From: Eledone cirrhosa
Taxonomy: Eukaryota
Length of the DNA: 64,000 bases
Assembly (NCBI GenBank): GCA_964016885.1
Contig: OZ024742.1
Coordinates: forward strand, 245,830,001-245,894,000
Direction of reading: 5' to 3'
Shown: positions 60,688-64,000 of the stretch, piece after piece
How positions within the stretch are numbered: the first letter of the stretch is position 1
Layout of the letters: each line of letters begins with the position of its first letter
Program-made: the position numbers and the translations under genes
The notes under the pieces: generated by a model
What the model saw: only the letters and a program-made list of their open reading frames with translations
Database searches by the model: none
Told to the model about the DNA's origin: nothing

Positions 60688-63592
60688 CATCATCATCATC
60701 ATCAACGTTTAACGTCCGTGTTCCACGCTTGCATGGGTTTGGACGGGGGTAGTCCCACTTGAGGCAAGAGTGATTGTCTTGCTCGCATAGGACTGTCTGG
60801 CAGGTTTTCTACAGTTGGATGCCCTTCCTAACACCAACCATATTTACAGTGTGGGTCTGGGAGGTTTTTACCGTGTTGCCTACACGGCCACATTACAGCG
60901 TGGACTGTGTGTTTTTTTGTCGTGACACCTACACGATCTCATTTGTTTCGGCCCGGATGGCGCGGCACCAACATAACTTTACATAGGACGGGGTGGTGTG
61001 GATGGGGTGGGGGTGGTGGTGGTGGGACGGGGTGTATTTTGTTAGAGATGCCTACTGGCAAGGCGGGTCTTCTCTGTTACTGAGTACCGCCAAAGGTCTC
61101 GGTCCAGTGACATTGTCTTGGAGAGGTGTAAGTGTGTGAGGTCGGAGTTTATCAGCTCGTCCCAGGTTTTTCTAGGTCTGCCTATTCCGTGGCTACCGTC
61201 TATCTTTATTGCCCTGCACTTTGTTATACAGCTATCGACTTTCATGCGCATCACGTGTCCATACCAACGTAGCCTTCTCTCGAGTAAACAACATCTGATC
61301 CCTCTTATCTCTAATTTTTTCCTTAGTTCGTTTATGCTTTGCCGTTCACGTATATTACTGTTACACATCCAGCGGAGCATGCAAGCTTCGTTCCTCTCTA
61401 GTCTGCGTATATCCTCTGCACACAATGCCCAGGTCTCACTGCCATGCAACATTGCTGTTCGTATGCAGGCATCGTACAACCTGCCTTTCATTTTTAGGGA
61501 GAACCCTTTAGCAGCTAATAGTGGTATAAGCTCTCTGAACTTTTTCCAACCAGTTCTGACTCTAGCTACAGTACTTTCAGAGCACCCTCCCCCACTGCTG
61601 ATTTTATCGCCCAGGTAACGGAAGCTGTCCACTATTTCTATAGAACCCTCTGCGCAATTGAAAGAGCTAGTATTGTGTGGGCACTTGCTGCTACTTATTG
61701 CACCAGAACACCGGCCACATGTAAAATCTATGTTCTTAGTTAGCTTACCTGTGATCCCACTACATCTTTTATGCACCCATACTTTGCATTTAGGACACAA
61801 AATGGAGTTTCTACCTACGCCTTTCCTACACACCGAGCACGACCATTTCCCAGAAGGGACCGCCGCCTTGTTTTCTTTCCTACAAACTAGAACTTTGGTC
61901 TTAGCCAGGTTAATTTTAAGTCCTTTTGACTCTAGGCCGTGCTTCCATGTTTGGAATTTCTTCTCTAGCTCGGCCATTGATTCCGCTATGAGTGTCAGGT
62001 CGTCTGCGTATAGGAGTTCCCATGGGCAGCCTGTCTTGAACTCCTCTGTTATAGCCTGAAGGGCAATAATAAATAGTAGGGGGCTGAGAACAGAGCCCTG
62101 ATGGACGCCAACTTTTACGCTAAACTCTTCACTATATTCGTTGTTAATTCTAACCTTGCTGACTGTTTCTTTATACATGGCTTGTATAGCCCTCACAAGC
62201 CATTCGTCAACGCCTAGTTTTCTAAGAGCCCACCAGATAATGGAGCGGGGGACTCTGTCGAAGGCTTTCTCCAAGTCGACAAAAGCTAAGTAGAGGGGTT
62301 TACCTTTAGCTAGGTACTTCTCCTGTAGTTGTCGTACTATGAAAAGAGCGTCTGTGGTACTTTTGCCTGACACAAACCCGAACTGCATTTCATCTAGGTC
62401 AATTCTCTCTCTGATTAGTTGCGCTATTACTTTTTCTGTGACCTTCATGACCTGGTCGATTAATTTAATGCCTCTATAGTTACTCCTATCTAGGGCGTCT
62501 CCTTTACCCTTATAACAGTTAACGATGATGCTGCTATGCCAGTCCTTCGGAACAACCCCATTCTGTACGACTTGGTTAACTATGCGGGTGACCATGGTGT
62601 GTCCCACCGTGCCAGATGCCTTCAGCATCTCAGCAACTATTTCCGAAGGCCCAGCCGCCTTACCTGTCTTCATATCCTTGATTGCCTTACTTATTATACT
62701 CCCCTCGACTAACACTGCTGGTCCCTCTATTGGGTCGACATGGGGGAGACTGTCTTTCTCCCATTTATTCTCCTCATTTAGTAGCCTTTCATAGTGACAC
62801 TTCCAAGCTGCCTTCTTATCAGTGTCGGTGATGGCAAGTATGCCATCATCGTTAAGTACACACTTCTCCCCGACAATATCACGGTTTTCCTTGACGCATT
62901 GCCTAGCAATCCTGAACACCTCACGTTTTTGGTCATCGCGTTGTAGGACATGCTTGAACTTTCTTTCCTCAGCTTCCCTTCTTGCTAAGTACACTTCTCT
63001 CCTAGCTTCCCTCCTGGCCACTTGATAGTCTACTCTACTTCCCCCATCCCGCCATACTTTCCAAGCCTGCTTTTTGGCCTTAATTGACTCCTCCACCTTA
63101 CTGTTCCACCACCATGTTACTCTCCTCCTGCCTACAGGCCTGCTCCAGCCACAGACTTCGTCTGTGGCCAACAGCAGGTTTGCTTTCAGAAATTCCCACT
63201 GTCCCTCTATATTGTCCGACTCTAAGTGTTCTTCCTTACTGTCGAAAGCATCAAGTAATATGTTTTGAAATTTATTTTTGGCTGTGGGGTCCTTTAGCTT
63301 CCATATTTTTCTCCTGAGGATAGTCCTCTTCTGCTGTCGAGTACGTCTCGACCTGACTATGAGGTCGCTAATTATCAGTCTATGTTGGGAGGTGCATTCT
63401 TCATGGGGGAGGGATTTAGTGTTTACAACAGACACTCTGTCACGTCTTCTGGTAAGGATATAATCTACCTGGCTTGTGTGTTCCCCGGATCTATAGGTGA
63501 TCAGGTGATTGTCACGTTTTTTGAAGTTAGTGTTACAGATAGTTAGGTTATTTGCATCACAGAATTCCAGGATTCTGGAGCCTTCCTCATTT
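60688..63592 (-). mobile_element. Young 5'-truncated RTE LINE; frame open from about 63592 to 61042 (APE C-terminus, RT, PHD-like finger)
   Basis: ITYRSG..SQVDYIL and SQHRL (APE), YRGIKL, QFGF, YADD, CSVC..C..C..VHKRC..CGRC; 3' UTR with (CAT)n. Confidence 0.95.
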
Positions 63593-63619
63593 ATATAAAT
63601 ATATATATATATATATAAT

Positions 63620-63813
63620 TAATAATTGTTTCTAGTTTTGGAACAAGGTCAGCAATTACCCAGTGCAATACTGGTACTTTATTTTATCGACCCTGTAAGG
63701 ATGAAAGGCAAAGTTAACCTCGGCGGGATTTGAACTCAGAACGTAAAGGGCCATAACTCCATGCTGCAAAATATGATGTCTGACGCTCTACCGATACTGC
63801 CAATTCACCACCC
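63620..63813 (-). mobile_element. SINE family 1 copy
   Basis: Reverse complement of the 9008 and 46621 copies. Confidence 0.85.
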
Positions 63814-64000
63814 TTATTAATGACTAACATAAAGTAATTAAGACAAAACATTACTTTGAATTGACTCTAACAAGAAATTCTAATTATATTGTAGTCTCTG
63901 CTACTGTATCTACCATATTACAAATCCATAGATATAACAAAATTGTATCTTATATGGTTATTTGGTTCTCTACCTACTATGTTATTCAAGAAGCATGTAT

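Overview
Eukaryotic, AT-rich, repeat-dense DNA. The SINE and LINE repertoire suggests an octopus or other coleoid cephalopod, but that is an inference. The whole window lies inside one + strand gene, a natriuretic-peptide-receptor-like membrane guanylyl cyclase. I traced 17 GT-AG, phase-consistent exons (2920..60047, 2378 nt, about 793 codons) covering the extracellular ligand-binding domain, TM helix, kinase-homology domain, coiled coil and start of the cyclase. The first and last exons lie outside the window. The introns hold a near-complete tandem Penelope-like element (PLE) with direct and inverted pLTRs, other PLE remnants and at least 10 intact or decayed type I hammerhead ribozyme motifs. 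They also hold PHD-finger-bearing RTE LINEs with a tail-sharing SINE, a nested L1/Tx1+SINE chain on (TTA)n, Helitron, piggyBac and mariner relics, long inverted repeats and several minisatellites. The most interesting signals are the hammerhead/PLE architecture (inversion junctions inside ribozymes, a 4104-nt ribozyme-to-ribozyme unit, a frameshift shared by both copies), a candidate 9-nt microexon and a satellite derived from a LINE 3' UTR. Exon coordinates were read by eye; repeat boundaries are approximate.
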